DNA of 63,095 nucleotides, counting the filler, from Saprolegnia diclina VS20 (taxonomy: Eukaryota): NCBI RefSeq assembly GCF_000281045.1. It is 4 parts of 2 records of this genome, joined end to end, with 100 filler letters (N's around TTAATTAATTAA, not from the genome) between each part and the next. Parts side by side here need not be neighbours in the genome. Positions count along the whole stretch, not along the records: positions 1 to 30,406 come from NW_008246085.1; 3 more parts are not named here. One strand, 5' to 3'. The position numbers were made by a program, and so were the translations under genes. Position 1 is the first letter of the stretch. Every line of letters begins with the position of its first letter. Shown one piece after another: positions 12,649 through 24,723 of this stretch. The notes below the pieces were generated by a model that was given only the letters and a program-made list of their open reading frames with translations, had not been told where the DNA came from and did no database searches.

Positions 12649-13911
12649 ATGGGCGACGTCCAGCACGCCGCCAAGTTCGTGCTCGCGGTCCTCGTCGTCT
12701 GCACGTGCTTGGTCATGGTCATGAACTGGAACCTCGTGAGCTCATCGACGGATGCGCCGCGCGAGGACACTTCGATGATGACGTGGCACGGCGCCAAGGC
12801 CAACCTCGCGATCGGCGCCCGAGCCACGCCCAACGTCACCAACGCCTCATCAGACGGCGTCTTTGCTCCACGAAGCATTCGGTTCCTCACGCTCGCGGAC
12901 GACGTTCGTCCCAACATTTGCCATCTCGCTGCTTCTATCTACCAGCAAGGCAACGTCCTCGAAGTCTTGGGCTGGGACCACAGTGACACATTCTTTGACG
13001 GCGCGTCGTGCGGCGCCCGTTGCAAGACGCCACCCGAAGGCACAGATATGTTGCGGTTTGGCCAAGAAAAGAAGCTGCACTGGCTGCTGCATTACTTCGA
13101 GCTCAAGCCCGACCTGCACGACGACGACCTCGTGCTCTTCACGGATGCGTGGGACGTCATTGTGAACGGCGACACGACGACGCTCACGGACCTTTTTCTG
13201 CGCCACACAAACCACAAGCGCGGCGTCATCTTTAACGGCGAACCAGCGTGCGGCGACTCGTTTACGCTCCCGACCGAGTACGGCGAGAAGCTGCGCCGCC
13301 GCAGCTGGCGCGTGCAGCTCGAGAGAGACCAGAACCCGCGTATGATTCGCGGCGACAATGTCTGCAACGCGATGGCGGCCAAGACGCTATCATCGGCGCA
13401 CATTCCCGGACCAAACTGGAGCCTCGGGTCGGGCGGCATCCTCGGCGACGTTCGTAGCATTCGCAACTTCCTCCGCAAGGTCCACGAGATCCGACGCGAG
13501 CAAGAAGTGCTGTTCGAGAAGGACCCGCAGCACGCCTTTCTCTTTCAAGGCGACCAGATCTTATTCCAGCTTGCGTACCTCCAGTCGCCCGAGATCAACA
13601 CCAAGGTCGATGCGAGCGGCGAGATCTTCTTCGTCATCTCGCGCCTCGTGGCCGACGGCGACTTTGACGAGTTTTCGCCCGCAAGAGGCTGCACGCGCAA
13701 CTACATGGCGCGCGGTCGCGCGTCGGTGTACGCGTGGAATCGGGTCGCACCCGTCTTCTTCCACTTCCCCGGCGACTACAAGGAGGTGTTTTGGTCCTGC
13801 GCGGCACCGACGTCGCACTACAGAGAATCCCGCGGCGTCGGCCAGTACATGATTGACGTCGACCGCAACCGACGGGTGCCCGTGGCCGACGTTTGCCCCA
13901 CGTTTGTCTGA
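12649..13911 (+). CDS. Type II membrane glycosyltransferase, PLOD/LH3 GT-domain-like
   Basis: N-terminal TM anchor. 'DDDLVLFTDAWDV' (DxD-type), 'LGSGGILG', 'GDQILF', 'FFHFPG' match PLOD GT-domain motifs. Single exon. Confidence 0.7.
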   Translation: MGDVQHAAKFVLAVLVVCTCLVMVMNWNLVSSSTDAPREDTSMMTWHGAKANLAIGARATPNVTNASSDGVFAPRSIRFLTLADDVRPNICHLAASIYQQGNVLEVLGWDHSDTFFDGASCGARCKTPPEGTDMLRFGQEKKLHWLLHYFELKPDLHDDDLVLFTDAWDVIVNGDTTTLTDLFLRHTNHKRGVIFNGEPACGDSFTLPTEYGEKLRRRSWRVQLERDQNPRMIRGDNVCNAMAAKTLSSAHIPGPNWSLGSGGILGDVRSIRNFLRKVHEIRREQEVLFEKDPQHAFLFQGDQILFQLAYLQSPEINTKVDASGEIFFVISRLVADGDFDEFSPARGCTRNYMARGRASVYAWNRVAPVFFHFPGDYKEVFWSCAAPTSHYRESRGVGQYMIDVDRNRRVPVADVCPTFV

Positions 13912-14144
13912 AAATCTCAAATTCTTCCGTGCATGCGTGTTTCGTTGGCGAACAGGGTGTCTCAATCTTTCCGAATGCGTCGGAGTTGGTCCTGTGACAA
14001 AATTGTGGGCGGCCTCCAAGGTTGGAGAGTCGCACGTGGTCAAAATCCCCTATTTGGTGCGCTTTGTCCGCCGATCAGTCCACCCTCGCCAGACGGTACG
14101 TTTCTGGGAATGCTGAACAGTTTCACCTTGCAATTGATGCCGGG

Positions 14145-15344
14145 ATGTGGAAGACTCGGGTGACGTTGGCCGCGCTTGTGGTCACGACCGCGGGCTTCTT
14201 GATGCTCCAGACCCTTCTCGTGCAGCGCGGTGCCTCCTTGACGTCACGGCTCGAAGCCAGGCCCGTGACGACGTCGAGCACGCCAGACCCTCCACCATTT
14301 AGCATCGGGAAAGTCCACATCGTCACGCTGGCGGACGACCCCACGCGCACAGCGATCTGCCCACTGGCGGCCTCCGTGTATAGCCAAGGCTTGGTGCTCG
14401 GCGTGCTCGGGTGGAACTACAGCGACACGTTCTTCGACGGTACGTCTTGCGGCCCGCCGTGCCAAGCCAATCGCGGCAAGGACAATCGGATCGGCCAGCA
14501 AAAGAAGCTGCATTGGCTCCACCACTACTTTGAGCACCACCCCGATCTGTGCGACGACGACCTCGTGCTCTTCACCGACGCATGGGACGTCGTCGTCAAT
14601 GGTGACACGGCGACGCTCACGAGCATCTTTCTCAAGCAGACGCGCGGCCAGCGCGGCGTCATCTTCAACGGCGAGCCATCGTGCGGCGACTCGTTCGGGA
14701 TCGCAAACCCGTACGGCGACAAGCTCCGCAGCAAGCGCTGGCCGATTCGCTTGGAGCGCAGCCAAACGCTGCGCTACGCGAGCGGCCACGACATGTGCTA
14801 CGCCGTTGCTGCCAAGACCATGACGTCCACGGCGACAGCGGGTCCGAACTGGAGCCTCGGCTCTGGAGGCATTCTGGGCGACGTCGCTAGCATCCGAGCC
14901 TTCCTTCGTGGCGTGCACCAGATCCGGCGCGAGCAAGAAGACGAGTACAGCGCCAACCCGAGTGCGTCGTTTCTCTTTGAAGGCGACCAGATCTTGTTTC
15001 AGCTGGCGTACGTGCGGTTCCCCGAGGTGAACGCGCTCGTGGACACGAGCGCCGAGATCTTCTTTGTTCTCTCGTACAACGTCGGTGACGACGACTTTGC
15101 ACATTTCTCTCTGCCCCGCGGGTGCGCGCCAGAGTACCTCGCCGGCAACGTCGGGTCGGCGTTTACGTATAACAACGTGACGCCGGTCTTTTTGCATTTC
15201 CCCGGCAGCGCCAAGCGTCACTTGGACACGTGTTTTCTGCACGTTGCTCGTGCCCGCGCCCACCTGCGCCCTCAGCAATATTTGATCGACATTGATGCCA
15301 ACCGACACGTCCTAGTTCACGACCTCTGTGATAATTACAGCTAA
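14145..15344 (+). CDS. Tandem paralog glycosyltransferase, PLOD/LH3 GT-domain-like
   Basis: Same motifs (DDDLVLFTDAWDV, GVIFNGEP.CGDSF, GPNWSLGSGGILGDV, GDQILFQLAY, FLHFPG) and an N-terminal TM segment. Confidence 0.7.
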   Translation: MWKTRVTLAALVVTTAGFLMLQTLLVQRGASLTSRLEARPVTTSSTPDPPPFSIGKVHIVTLADDPTRTAICPLAASVYSQGLVLGVLGWNYSDTFFDGTSCGPPCQANRGKDNRIGQQKKLHWLHHYFEHHPDLCDDDLVLFTDAWDVVVNGDTATLTSIFLKQTRGQRGVIFNGEPSCGDSFGIANPYGDKLRSKRWPIRLERSQTLRYASGHDMCYAVAAKTMTSTATAGPNWSLGSGGILGDVASIRAFLRGVHQIRREQEDEYSANPSASFLFEGDQILFQLAYVRFPEVNALVDTSAEIFFVLSYNVGDDDFAHFSLPRGCAPEYLAGNVGSAFTYNNVTPVFLHFPGSAKRHLDTCFLHVARARAHLRPQQYLIDIDANRHVLVHDLCDNYS

Positions 15345-15595
15345 CAGTGAGGCAAATAATCGATGTGCATGCTGTTTATCAGCTGTGGCTTGCTGCATGC
15401 AAACCAACGCAGAAGAGTTTGGGGAAAGGTATAGCTTCGAACCGACTTCATCAAATCGATGCAATCGTGTTGGCGAGAGCATCACGCATGCAATATACAC
15501 ACGGCCTGGAAAAGGAAGACCATGTTGTTTTGTTAATTGCCCTGGATAAGACTAACAGTCAATGCAATGAACCCGTCGAAGAAATGGCAAAAATT

Positions 15596-15668
15596 CGTCC
15601 ATGATGGGACTCGAACCCACAACCCCCTGATTAGAAGTCAGATGCGCTATCCATTGCGCCACACGGAC
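15596..15668 (-). tRNA. tRNA-Arg(TCT)
   Basis: Reverse complement GTCCGTG TGGCGCAATGGATAGCGC…CTGA CTTCTAA TCAG…GGTTCGAGTCC…CATGGACG, 73 nt. A and B boxes present, anticodon TCT, followed by a TTTTT Pol III terminator. Confidence 0.95.
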
Positions 15669-15711
15669 TGTACAGTGGTACATAGTAAAATATCAGATTA
15701 GAAATTTGGCA

Positions 15712-15803
15712 TTACGTGGCACAAATAATTTAGTGGGGGACTCATTATCAGCAGATTGAACTGCTGATGATGGGTCCCCCACTAAATTATTTGTGCCACG
15801 TAA
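15712..15803. repeat. 43-bp inverted repeat (hairpin) with 6-nt loop
   Basis: Arms 15712-15754 and 15761-15803 are complementary except two T·G positions. Confidence 0.95.
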
Positions 15804-16529
15804 GACAACACCTTGAGGTTATCCCGGTAATAAACCATCTGAACAAAAACTGGTCCCGTCCGAGGTGAGCTGGCAGGAACTTTTCCACGGCTTTGTGTGT
15901 CGGCCGAGCCACGGGAACAACGTTGGCCACAAGGTTGTAAACGAGGGCACTGCGTCGGCCGCTGTAATCGGCGCCGACGTAACTGACGTGCCAAGCAGCA
16001 TCGTTACCATGGGCATCTCTCCTGGCCTGGCGTTTGCGAGATGGTCGGTGCACGAACGTGCTCGAACTTTGCGTCACCGCCAATGTGCTCCGAAGGCAAG
16101 ACCAACAAGAACAAACCAATCGTGCCGGCCAAACGAGTGGCCTCGAGCGCGGTCGCGCACCCGACGCTGTCGACCACGAGGTGCAAGACGACTGCGCGTA
16201 TCGAAAGGTCCGAAATCGCCCCACCTCGGACGCAGCGACGCCATTGCATGTACTTTTAGATTTGCAGAGCGGCACATCTGCTTGGTACGCCGGCTCCTCG
16301 GGTAAACTTCGCGCCATTGACTGCAAATCGCGGGCAATTCGTATCGAGAGCGCGCATTGCAGTTGAAAGTACTTCAAACCGCCCTGCAAAAGTCGCCCAG
16401 TTTGAGAGCGTCAAAGGACTCCTTCATGNNNNNNNNNNNNNNNNNNNNNNNNNNNNNNNNNNNNNNNNNNNNNNNNNNNNNNNNNNNNNNNNNNNNNNNN
16501 NNNNNNNNNNNNNNNNNNNNNNNNNNNNA

Positions 16530-16680
16530 CCATGTTGAGACTTCATTTTGCCCTACCGTGCTATCGCACGGGCCCGGCTACCGCCGGGTGCCCTCGCTGC
16601 GCTCGTGCCGCGCTTCGCGCAAAAAAGTCGTTATTCAATTAATAGATAGACTAGGGTTAACCTCGTGTTTTTCAGGTAGG
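16530..16680 (-). mobile_element. Putative Helitron 3' end (CTAG, 16651-16654) joined to a 5' end (TCTATC…) of a next copy
   Basis: Minus strand reads …CCTACCTGAAAAACACGAGGTTAACC-CTAG|TCTATCTATTAATTGAATAACG… The TCTATC-starting sequence recurs at 27037-27090 with a different upstream flank. Confidence 0.6.
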
Positions 16681-16886
16681 GTGTAGTCAAGCTTTTTGGT
16701 TTATGCGGGGCTTAGGGCCAGTGGGCTATCTAGCGGTTTATCTGTGTTGCATGGGAAGTGTAGTTTTGCTTTTTGGTTTCGGTTTGGCGTTGGGGCAGCG
16801 TACAATCTAGCGGCTCGTGCGTGTCGTGTGTATATTTTTGGACTGTGCAGAAAAGAAAGTCTGGAAAGAGTTGGAAGCGCAAACAA

Positions 16887-19800
16887 TCATAAAATGGCGT
16901 CGCTACGATCTATGCCGTCGCCGTTGTCGCCACCAAGGTCGTCGTCGGATATGTCTTCGTGGTCGGTCTCGTCGGCAAACACTTCGCGGTACACGACGTT
17001 CTTCGTGTACGTGCTGCCGTTGACGTTGGAGATGGCGTCGAGCGCCAAAATCTTGATGTTTGCCTTGGCCTTGACGCGCGAGAGTGCGACGTAGAGCTGG
17101 CCGTGGGCAAATACGGGTTCCGGCAGGTACACGCCGACATGAGGCACAGTCTGTCCTTGGGCCTTGTTGATCGTCATGGCATAGGCGAGTCGCACAGGAA
17201 ATTGGCGCCGGCACAGCACAAATGGCAGTCGACTGTCCTTGGTATCGCTGACCATGGTCATGCGTGGAATGAACGCCATGGCCCCAGCGTGGGACCCCGT
17301 CAAGATCCGTGCCTTGATGCAGCGTGTTTGGAGGCCTTCGACGATGAGGCGCGTCCCGTTGCAGAGACCCTCTCGAGGACAAATGTTGCGGAGAAGCATG
17401 ATCGGGGCGCCAATCTTGAGATCGAGCTTGTGCTCCGGAAAGTTGGCGAGGCTCACCGTGTTGAGAAACTCGGTCGTCCACGTGACACCCGCAGCGTCCG
17501 AGTCGCAAGCTTCTTCTTCGACGCTGTCGCCCGAAATGTAGGACGTCAACTCGCCGGGCATGCGGTCGAGCACCATGGCATTGATCTTGTTGGTCACATC
17601 GTTTTTTGGTGCCAAAATGGCGCGCTCACCGAGGTACGACGGTAGGGTTTCGATCGACGTGTTGCCAAGATCACCGTAGAAATGGTCGATGAGCCCAACC
17701 TCGGGCGTGGCCCCAATGACGTCAAGAACCATGTCATCTGGGAGCTTGATGTAGTCTTCACCAAAGCCGCCGTTGTCGTCCGTGCCATACGTCCCGTGGC
17801 CAATCTTCAAGATAAAGTCGGCGTACTCGGCCGGATCGACTGCTGCAGCGTCGGCGTCGACGCCCAAGTAAAGCCGCATATTGCGCGTAAGCGTCAACAC
17901 TTCGACGTCGCGCCACATAGCGCTGCGCCGAAGACAGGCTCGGACGATGTCGCTGCGCGTGCCGTCGCGAACAACGGGAAGTGTCTGCTTGAAGTCACCG
18001 AGAAACACGACGGTCTTGCCGTCGAACGGCAGCTCCTTGGTCGTCGGATCGAAAGAGATGTCGCACAGCATATCGCTGACCGCCTGGATCGCTTGCTTGT
18101 GGATCATAGAGCACTCGTCCCAGACAATGAGCTTGGCCTCACGGAGCAGCGCCGCAAGCTCCGACTGAATTGCGACGCTGCAGCGCTTCTCGGGGCTGAG
18201 GTCGACAGGAATCTTGAAGCGGTAATGCGCTGTCGTGCCGCCCATGAGAAGTAAGGACGCAAGCCCCGACGATGCAACGGCAAGCGCAACATGGCCGTTG
18301 GAACGGGCTTGGGCCAAAAGCAAGTTGGCGACGTAGCTTTTGCCCGAGCCACCTTCGCCCTCAATGTAGAAGGCGTGCTTAGAGTCGCGCTCGCGGTTTT
18401 GTTCGACGTTGGTCATGACCGTGTCAAAGACGGCGCGCTGCTCGTCCGTCATGGCTGCATGACCTTGGAGGACGCGATCGAGTGCAGCGGGATCGTAGCC
18501 ACGCTCAATTGCAAGCAGTCGGTTGGGGCTCGGCACTGCATTGAGGCGCTCGAGCACGGCTGCATACGTGGCAAGCTGCGGCATGTCACGGAATGTCCGG
18601 AGCGAGCACATGTCGCCGTTGGAGCGCAAGAGATCGTCAATGTGAAGAAGAGCCCACGCCGTGCTCTCTTCTTCTTCTTCGGGTGTCGTCGACGGAAGGT
18701 CGTCAATGAGGTAGGGCCGGAATCGCGCCCAGAGCGTTGCAATGTTCTTGGGCTGGCCGACAAATAAGACTGTCGCAAAGAGAGACCGCAGCGCAGCGCC
18801 CGTTTGCCATTCCTTGGCCTGGTCGAGGCAGTCGACCCACTCCCCGTCGTTTGCCACGAGACCCATGGCATCGGCAACGCCTTGGTACGTTTCGTACGTG
18901 ATGCCGTTGTGCGTCCGCAAGTCAGCAAATGAGGATGGACCGCGGCGGTGGCAGAGCACCAAGCGCATGTAGAAGCGTTCGTTAGCCCGTGGTGACACCG
19001 AGTACATGCGGCCCAGAGCTTTTCGGCGCCGCTGGCGAGGCTTCCACCATTTGTCCCATGAAAAGTACTCTGGCATCTCTGCGTACAGACAGTCGCGTGC
19101 CCGCTTGCCGTGCAAGCCAATGGCGTCCATGTCCACGGCGTCAAAGAACGCCGTGAGGCGTGTGTCCACACCTTCTTGGAGACGCGCCTCGGCATCTTCG
19201 GTCGTCTCGGTGGCACTGAACTGAACGCGCTGCTGGTCCTCGAGATGGATCGGCAAGTGGGTCACCGAGTGCGACGTTCGAAAGAGCTCGTAGTTGAAAA
19301 TGCGGTAGACGGCCTCACACGTCGAGACGTAGCGCGCTTCGATGTAGTCCTTGATTTCGTCAATCTCGGTCGCGACGGCGTAGTTGGCGCGGTCTTGACC
19401 CTTGAAGATGTACTTGTAGATGTACTTGACGGATGCGATCGTCGAGCACACTTCGACATTGATGTGGCAATTGAAGAGCGTAGTGAGCGCGGGATTGTAC
19501 GGCACGACACGCGCGTTGAGCTCATCGCTGGAACGTCGCCGATACATTGGAAACCCGCCGTTGGTCTCGACCGTCGTCTCGTCACAGAAAGCGCGCGGGA
19601 ACTTTTTGTCGCACTTGCCGTCCTTGAGGCACCGGTCGCTCGTGCACGTGTGGATCATATGCTTCTTGACCAACGCGTGCAGCAACGGGTTGGTGCTGCG
19701 GTCGGGCATCTCGGCGCATACGACGCTGTTGACCTGCTCGGCGGTCTTAAGCTTGTCATCTTCGTCCAATATGATAAGCATGTGGGCGTGGGGCAGACCG

Positions 19801-21794
19801 CGCTTTTGGAACTCGACAACTCTGACAAAGGCGGTGACCTTGCCAAGAACGTGTCGGTCGTAAATGGCGTCTTCAAACGCAGCAAGTTTTTGCCGAAAGA
19901 CTCGCACGACGATGTCCATGCGATCTTCGGCCTTGCGCTTGAAGCCCATCTCGTTTTGCTGGTCGGCCAGCATTTCCGTGATCTCGGGCCATGCTGGGTT
20001 GCACGTAAAAGTGATAAAGAGATCCGGCTTGCCAAACTTGCGCACAATGGCCATGGCGTCTTGGTACCGCCGCTGCATGTCACGAGGACTGCCGTGGAAC
20101 GATGCGGGCAAGATCGTCTTGATGCCGATCGTGTGGAGGCCACGGCGCCGGGCAACTGCGTCGGCGTACTCCTGGTACGACTCTTGGCGGATCGTGCCTT
20201 GGTTGTGGGCAATGAAGCGCAGCCGGTTTTGGTTGAGCTTGGCATACTGGTCGACACACCACTCTTGGAAGAGGCGTCCTGCAGCGTGCAGAGGCGAGAA
20301 GTTGTCCTTGCGCTGGTACAGCATGTACTTGATCCACGCATTGAGCGTGATCTTGTTGCCAGCTCGCGACTCCATTTGAAAGTGCCAGCCCGTGCGCCCC
20401 GTCGGAAAGAGGATCGGGTAGTGAAGCGCGTCGTACGAGCAATGAAACTCGGAAATGGTCTTGAAGTACGCGCCGCGCGTCGGTCCATGCACGAGCACGT
20501 CTCCACGGTTGCGATTGACAGGCACCGGCGTGCCAAGCCCTGCGTCGTCTTGCTCGCCTTCGTTGATACCGTCTTGGACGCCTTGGGCACCATCGCTGTC
20601 AACGGCTTGATCGACTCCCTGGCCGTGGTCGCCTTGGCTGCCGCTTTCGACGCCGTGGTCGCCTTCTTGGCCGGCGCTGTCCGCAGTTGTGTCCGAGTTG
20701 CGGTATCGAAGACGAATGCTGCGCTGGCGCTGACCATCCGGTGCGTTCTCGATGAGCACCGCAATTTCGTTGCACGTGGGCGTGTTGTGCGTTCGACCCG
20801 GCACGGACTTGAGGACGATCTCGGCCGAGGCATCGCGGGTAATGTCCTTGGCGTGCTCAAAAAGCTTGGCAAACGGGTTGTGCGGAAGCAGGATTTGGTC
20901 TTGAAGAAACGCGACAATGTTGTTGGGGAGAGTTTCGACGACCTGCATCCCCGAGCGCACGCGGAGTTGCTCGACGGCATCGCCAATGACGTACACTTGG
21001 GCAAAGAGAGGCGACGTGCGTGCCTCGAGACCGCCAAGTCGATGGTACAGCGCTCCTTGAATCGTAAACGACTGAGGCGCGCGTCCTGGGAGATGAATCT
21101 GATTGGTCGCGAGCGACGTGAATTGGAACGCTGCATTGAACCGGCGCACAAACTTGATGAACATTGGATTCTTCCACAGCGCCAGCCATTGCCGAAACTC
21201 GTGCGTGTCGGGCAGCACCTCGTCGGGAATGAAAATCGCGCCGTTGTTGCAGCACGGGCTGTGCCGGCCACCATCGACCTCGTACGTCCAGAGAAAGGCG
21301 TTGCAAAAAGGACACACCACGCTGCACTTGTCGAGCTTGTGCGTCGCAAAGGCATCATCGAGGAAGTCGCCAATCTTGACGCGCGCTTGCTTGTGCTTGA
21401 GGTGTCGCTTGTTCTTGCGCTTGGCCTTCTTCTTGGCCTTCTTCTTACGCTTCTTTGGCCGCGTCGGCTGGGCGTAAGTGGCGCATTGGCGGCGAGGGCG
21501 CGTCACCACGACCTCAAAAGAAGTTGCCACACTGTCGCTGCTGCTGCCGTCGCTGTCACTGCTGCTGCCGTCACGCGACTGTTGTGTTGGCGCATCCGAG
21601 TGGTCCGACGGCGCGCCCGGCCAATCGTAATCTTTGGCAATGTAGCCAAGAACGTCGCCGCGGCACACGGGACCCTCGCCGGGTAGCAGCGGCCCATCGG
21701 CGATCCACTCGTCGGCGTCTGGGCTGTCGAGCGACAACCGGGCGAGCTCGTTACAAAACGCTTCCATGGCCTGCGCATGTCGATCGACTGCCAA
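16887..21794 (-). mobile_element. Helitron RepHel transposase (HUH Rep + PIF1 helicase), intact 1635-aa ORF
   Basis: Zn-finger-like CPFC…CC. Rep motifs PDLFITFTCNP, VVEFQKRGLPHAH, KYIYKYIFKG. PIF1 motifs GEGGSGKS, IVWDECSM, GDFKQTLPV, GLCNGTRL, AMTINKAQGQT, VFAHGQLYVALSR. GLPHAH indicates a canonical Helitron1 rather than a Helentron. Confidence 0.96.
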
Positions 21795-22147
21795 GCTGCC
21801 GGTGGCGGCTGCGTTCGATCACTTGGTGAGACCACAAATAGAATTTAGAGGCGCGCGTACGGATACTCTTTTGTCCAGCAAGATACTCGTTATCCGATGC
21901 TGTACACGAGCAGAAATATGTGAGCGCTTGCTGCATGCAAATGCACACGCAAACACGCATCATATAGTCGCAGACCGCTGTCGTCGTGTCGACCTTGGTC
22001 ATCTGCAGCGTAGTGGTCTTGGTCGTCGCCCGTGCTACGTGGGGGCTNNNNNNNNNNNNNNNNNNNNNNNNNNNNNNNNNNNNNNNNNNNNNNNNNNNNN
22101 NNNNNNNNNNNNNNNNNNNNNNNNNNNNNNNNNNNNNNNNNNNNNNN

Positions 22148-23000
22148 GCAATTCGTATCGAGAGCGCGCATTGCAGTTGAAAGTACTTCAAACCGCCCTG
22201 CAAAAGTCGCCCAGTTTGAGAGCGTCAAAGGACTCCTTCATGGCTGCGATTGTGTCATCGTGTCCTTTCTTGAAAATGGCATGTGCCATGTACAAGCTCG
22301 TCATAATGCCGCAAATAGTGCAATTCGGCATCACTTTGGACACGAGTTTCGAGCGCTGTAGGTCACGCACGACGGTGCAACTTGGTGCTCCGTGCTATAC
22401 AAGGCAAACTTCATCACTCTACCACGTATGAGCCATTTTGTATTTTTACCGAGGTTTGCCATCAAATCGCGACAGCTTGCGTGTTATTAGCCACATTATC
22501 CGGATATCCGGTGCAGCATCCGCGAGCTCAGGCCACGCGGTCGACCGCTTTACGTTCGAAAACGAAATGGCCAAACATTGGCACAGTGGTAAAGAACGCT
22601 ATGGAGGGCACGGAAAGCGAGGTCGCATCGACGTACGAGGCGTACAGCGATAGCGAGACGCGATCCAAGATGCGCGCCAAACTAAGATCGTAGTGCCATC
22701 TGAGAGGCACAACGCACTCCAAACTAAGATCGTAGTGCCATCTTAGCGGCATCACGCCAGGACGCCGACGCCGCTTGCCGGCAGCATCACGTTTGGAATG
22801 GAATCGCCCAAAGTTGGCACAGTGATAGAAGAAACTTTGGAGAGCAGAGCAGACTGCGATATGTCGTCGTCGCAGGCCTAAAACGCGCGCAATGCTCGAC
22901 CACAAATACAAAGCGCTCTTAAAACGTTAAAAATGCAAACGACTGCATTTGCACGCCGTAGGTGTCGTCTGCACTTGTAGCGACGATCTCCCCTTCCAGT
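22148..23000. repeat. Dispersed repeat unit; copies at 16336-16428, ~29050-29789, ~30190-30406
   Basis: Directly visible near-identity, e.g. aaatggcatgtgccat…gccgcaaatagtgcaattcggcatcactttgga. Includes an internal duplication of actaagatcgtagtgccatct. Confidence 0.85.
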
Positions 23001-24723
23001 GGATCAAGATTGCGATTCCTAGCAACATTCATGGAGTTTCGACGTCCAGCACATTCTGTGGAGCGTTTGGAAAGGCTTGTAGCTCACAATGCTCTGGCTT
23101 TTGCACTCGCAGTGATCTAGTATCACAACGCGTGCGATGGTATTAATGCGTCCTCGTATGTCAGAGGTCGCAAAAAACAATCGATTTATATGACGTGGCA
23201 CTCGGAGAATGTCCCATTTCGGCGCAAACGTTCAGTCGTGCAAAAACAAGTGTAAAAGCGAGCACGACAAATGCGAAACGCAGTGCTTTTATGAGAGAAT
23301 TGTAGAAGCTTTGAGCACTGCTCATTCCGCAATTTGGGCTTCAGGGCCTCGGCCGCACCGCGTCGCATGGTAGGGCCGTCGCAAGCGGGCGTCGCGTCGA
23401 CTGTGGACGGTGAAACTTGTGTGACCGAGGTCCTTCTTTCGCCACGCATCCCTGTAGTACAGGATGTTGGCTTGCCTGGTACGCAAAGATCGCAGCGTCT
23501 TCATGCAGCATGCGAGATTGGGTCTGCGTCGTCGGGGGATCGATGATCACNNNNNNNNNNNNNNNNNNNNNNNNNNNNNNNNNNNNNNNNNNNNNNNNNN
23601 NNNNNNNNNNNNNNNNNNNNNNNNNNNNNNNNNNNNNNNNNNNNNNNNNNAGTACAGGATGTTGGCTTGCCTGGTACGCAAAGATCGCAGCGTCTTCATG
23701 CAGCATGCGAGATTGGGTCTGCGTCGTCGGGGGATCGATGATCACCACGCTCGATTGATGGTATTAGCATCGTGTTGAGCAGCGTCGCAGCCGTCGACGC
23801 GCCGAGGCATACGTTGACAGCGACAACCTCGAGCGTTTGTGCGAGGAGTGACGATGGCCTCGAGCGTTTGTGCGAGGAGTGCGGACGATGGACTCGACCG
23901 TGTCGAGCTCGTGGCGTCGTTTCAAGGCATCCGGATAAATAGCCGGACACCAATAGGAAGGGAATACATTTCAAAATGGGCGCCGCGACGAGACGAGAAA
24001 CGCCGGCGCAGCATTGGGCGCTGCGCGCGCGGGGTCGCGTTCGGAGTGTCCTCGTCATCTCGCGGTGCAGAACCAAATGGCGCTCATCTCGAGCGCCTCA
24101 CGCTTGACGTCCTACGGCTCACACACGACAGCCAGCATTGAGACCGCTGGCGCGCAGCGACCTGTCGCCCGCCGCGAATCTCTCGCTCGGCGGCGCGTCA
24201 GATGCGATCCCTACTCGATTTCAATCGAGTGGAGCTTTTAGCCCTCCACCTACCGTGGCCGTGCGCCGATGGTCCTCGTCGTGCTTGGCACTTACCTTGT
24301 TCTCCAAGGCGTCGGCGCTGCGCTCGCTCGCGTTTGGCACAAGGTAGCACACGTCTTTAGCGCTACTCGGGTCTCACAGATTGACTAGGTTCCGTGTTTG
24401 CCCATGACACATGAGCTCGAGATTTTTGCGCTTTTTCCGCGCCTTCTCGTGCTCGCACCACCCGCTTGACGTGCACGGCGCGCGCAAGGATACCATTGTG
24501 AGCTAGTCGACACGCCTCAAGGATCGGTTCGTGTCGACCTCGCGTCGCCGCATCGAAGGCGCCNNNNNNNNNNNNNNNNNNNNNNNNNNNNNNNNNNNNN
24601 NNNNNNNNNNNNNNNNNNNNNNNNNNNNNNNNNNNNNNNNNNNNNNNNNNNNNNNNNNNNNNNCAGTGTGCTATTGCGACGCGTCTCGAGTTTGGTGGAG
24701 ACGACACGAGCGAAGCGCTGCGC

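Noticed and set aside
19110..21686. 858-aa + strand ORF and other long antisense ORFs (94-1047, 3651-4694, 6566-7906, 37188-38687)
   Set aside because: Shadow ORFs opposite GC-rich, codon-biased real genes; no motifs.
22679..22742. Repeat-spacer-repeat pattern (actaagatcgtagtgccatct) resembling CRISPR
   Set aside because: Only two units, eukaryotic context and no cas genes; a local duplication inside a dispersed repeat.
23457..23744. ~94-bp direct repeat flanking a 100-N gap
   Set aside because: Most likely an unmerged contig overlap.
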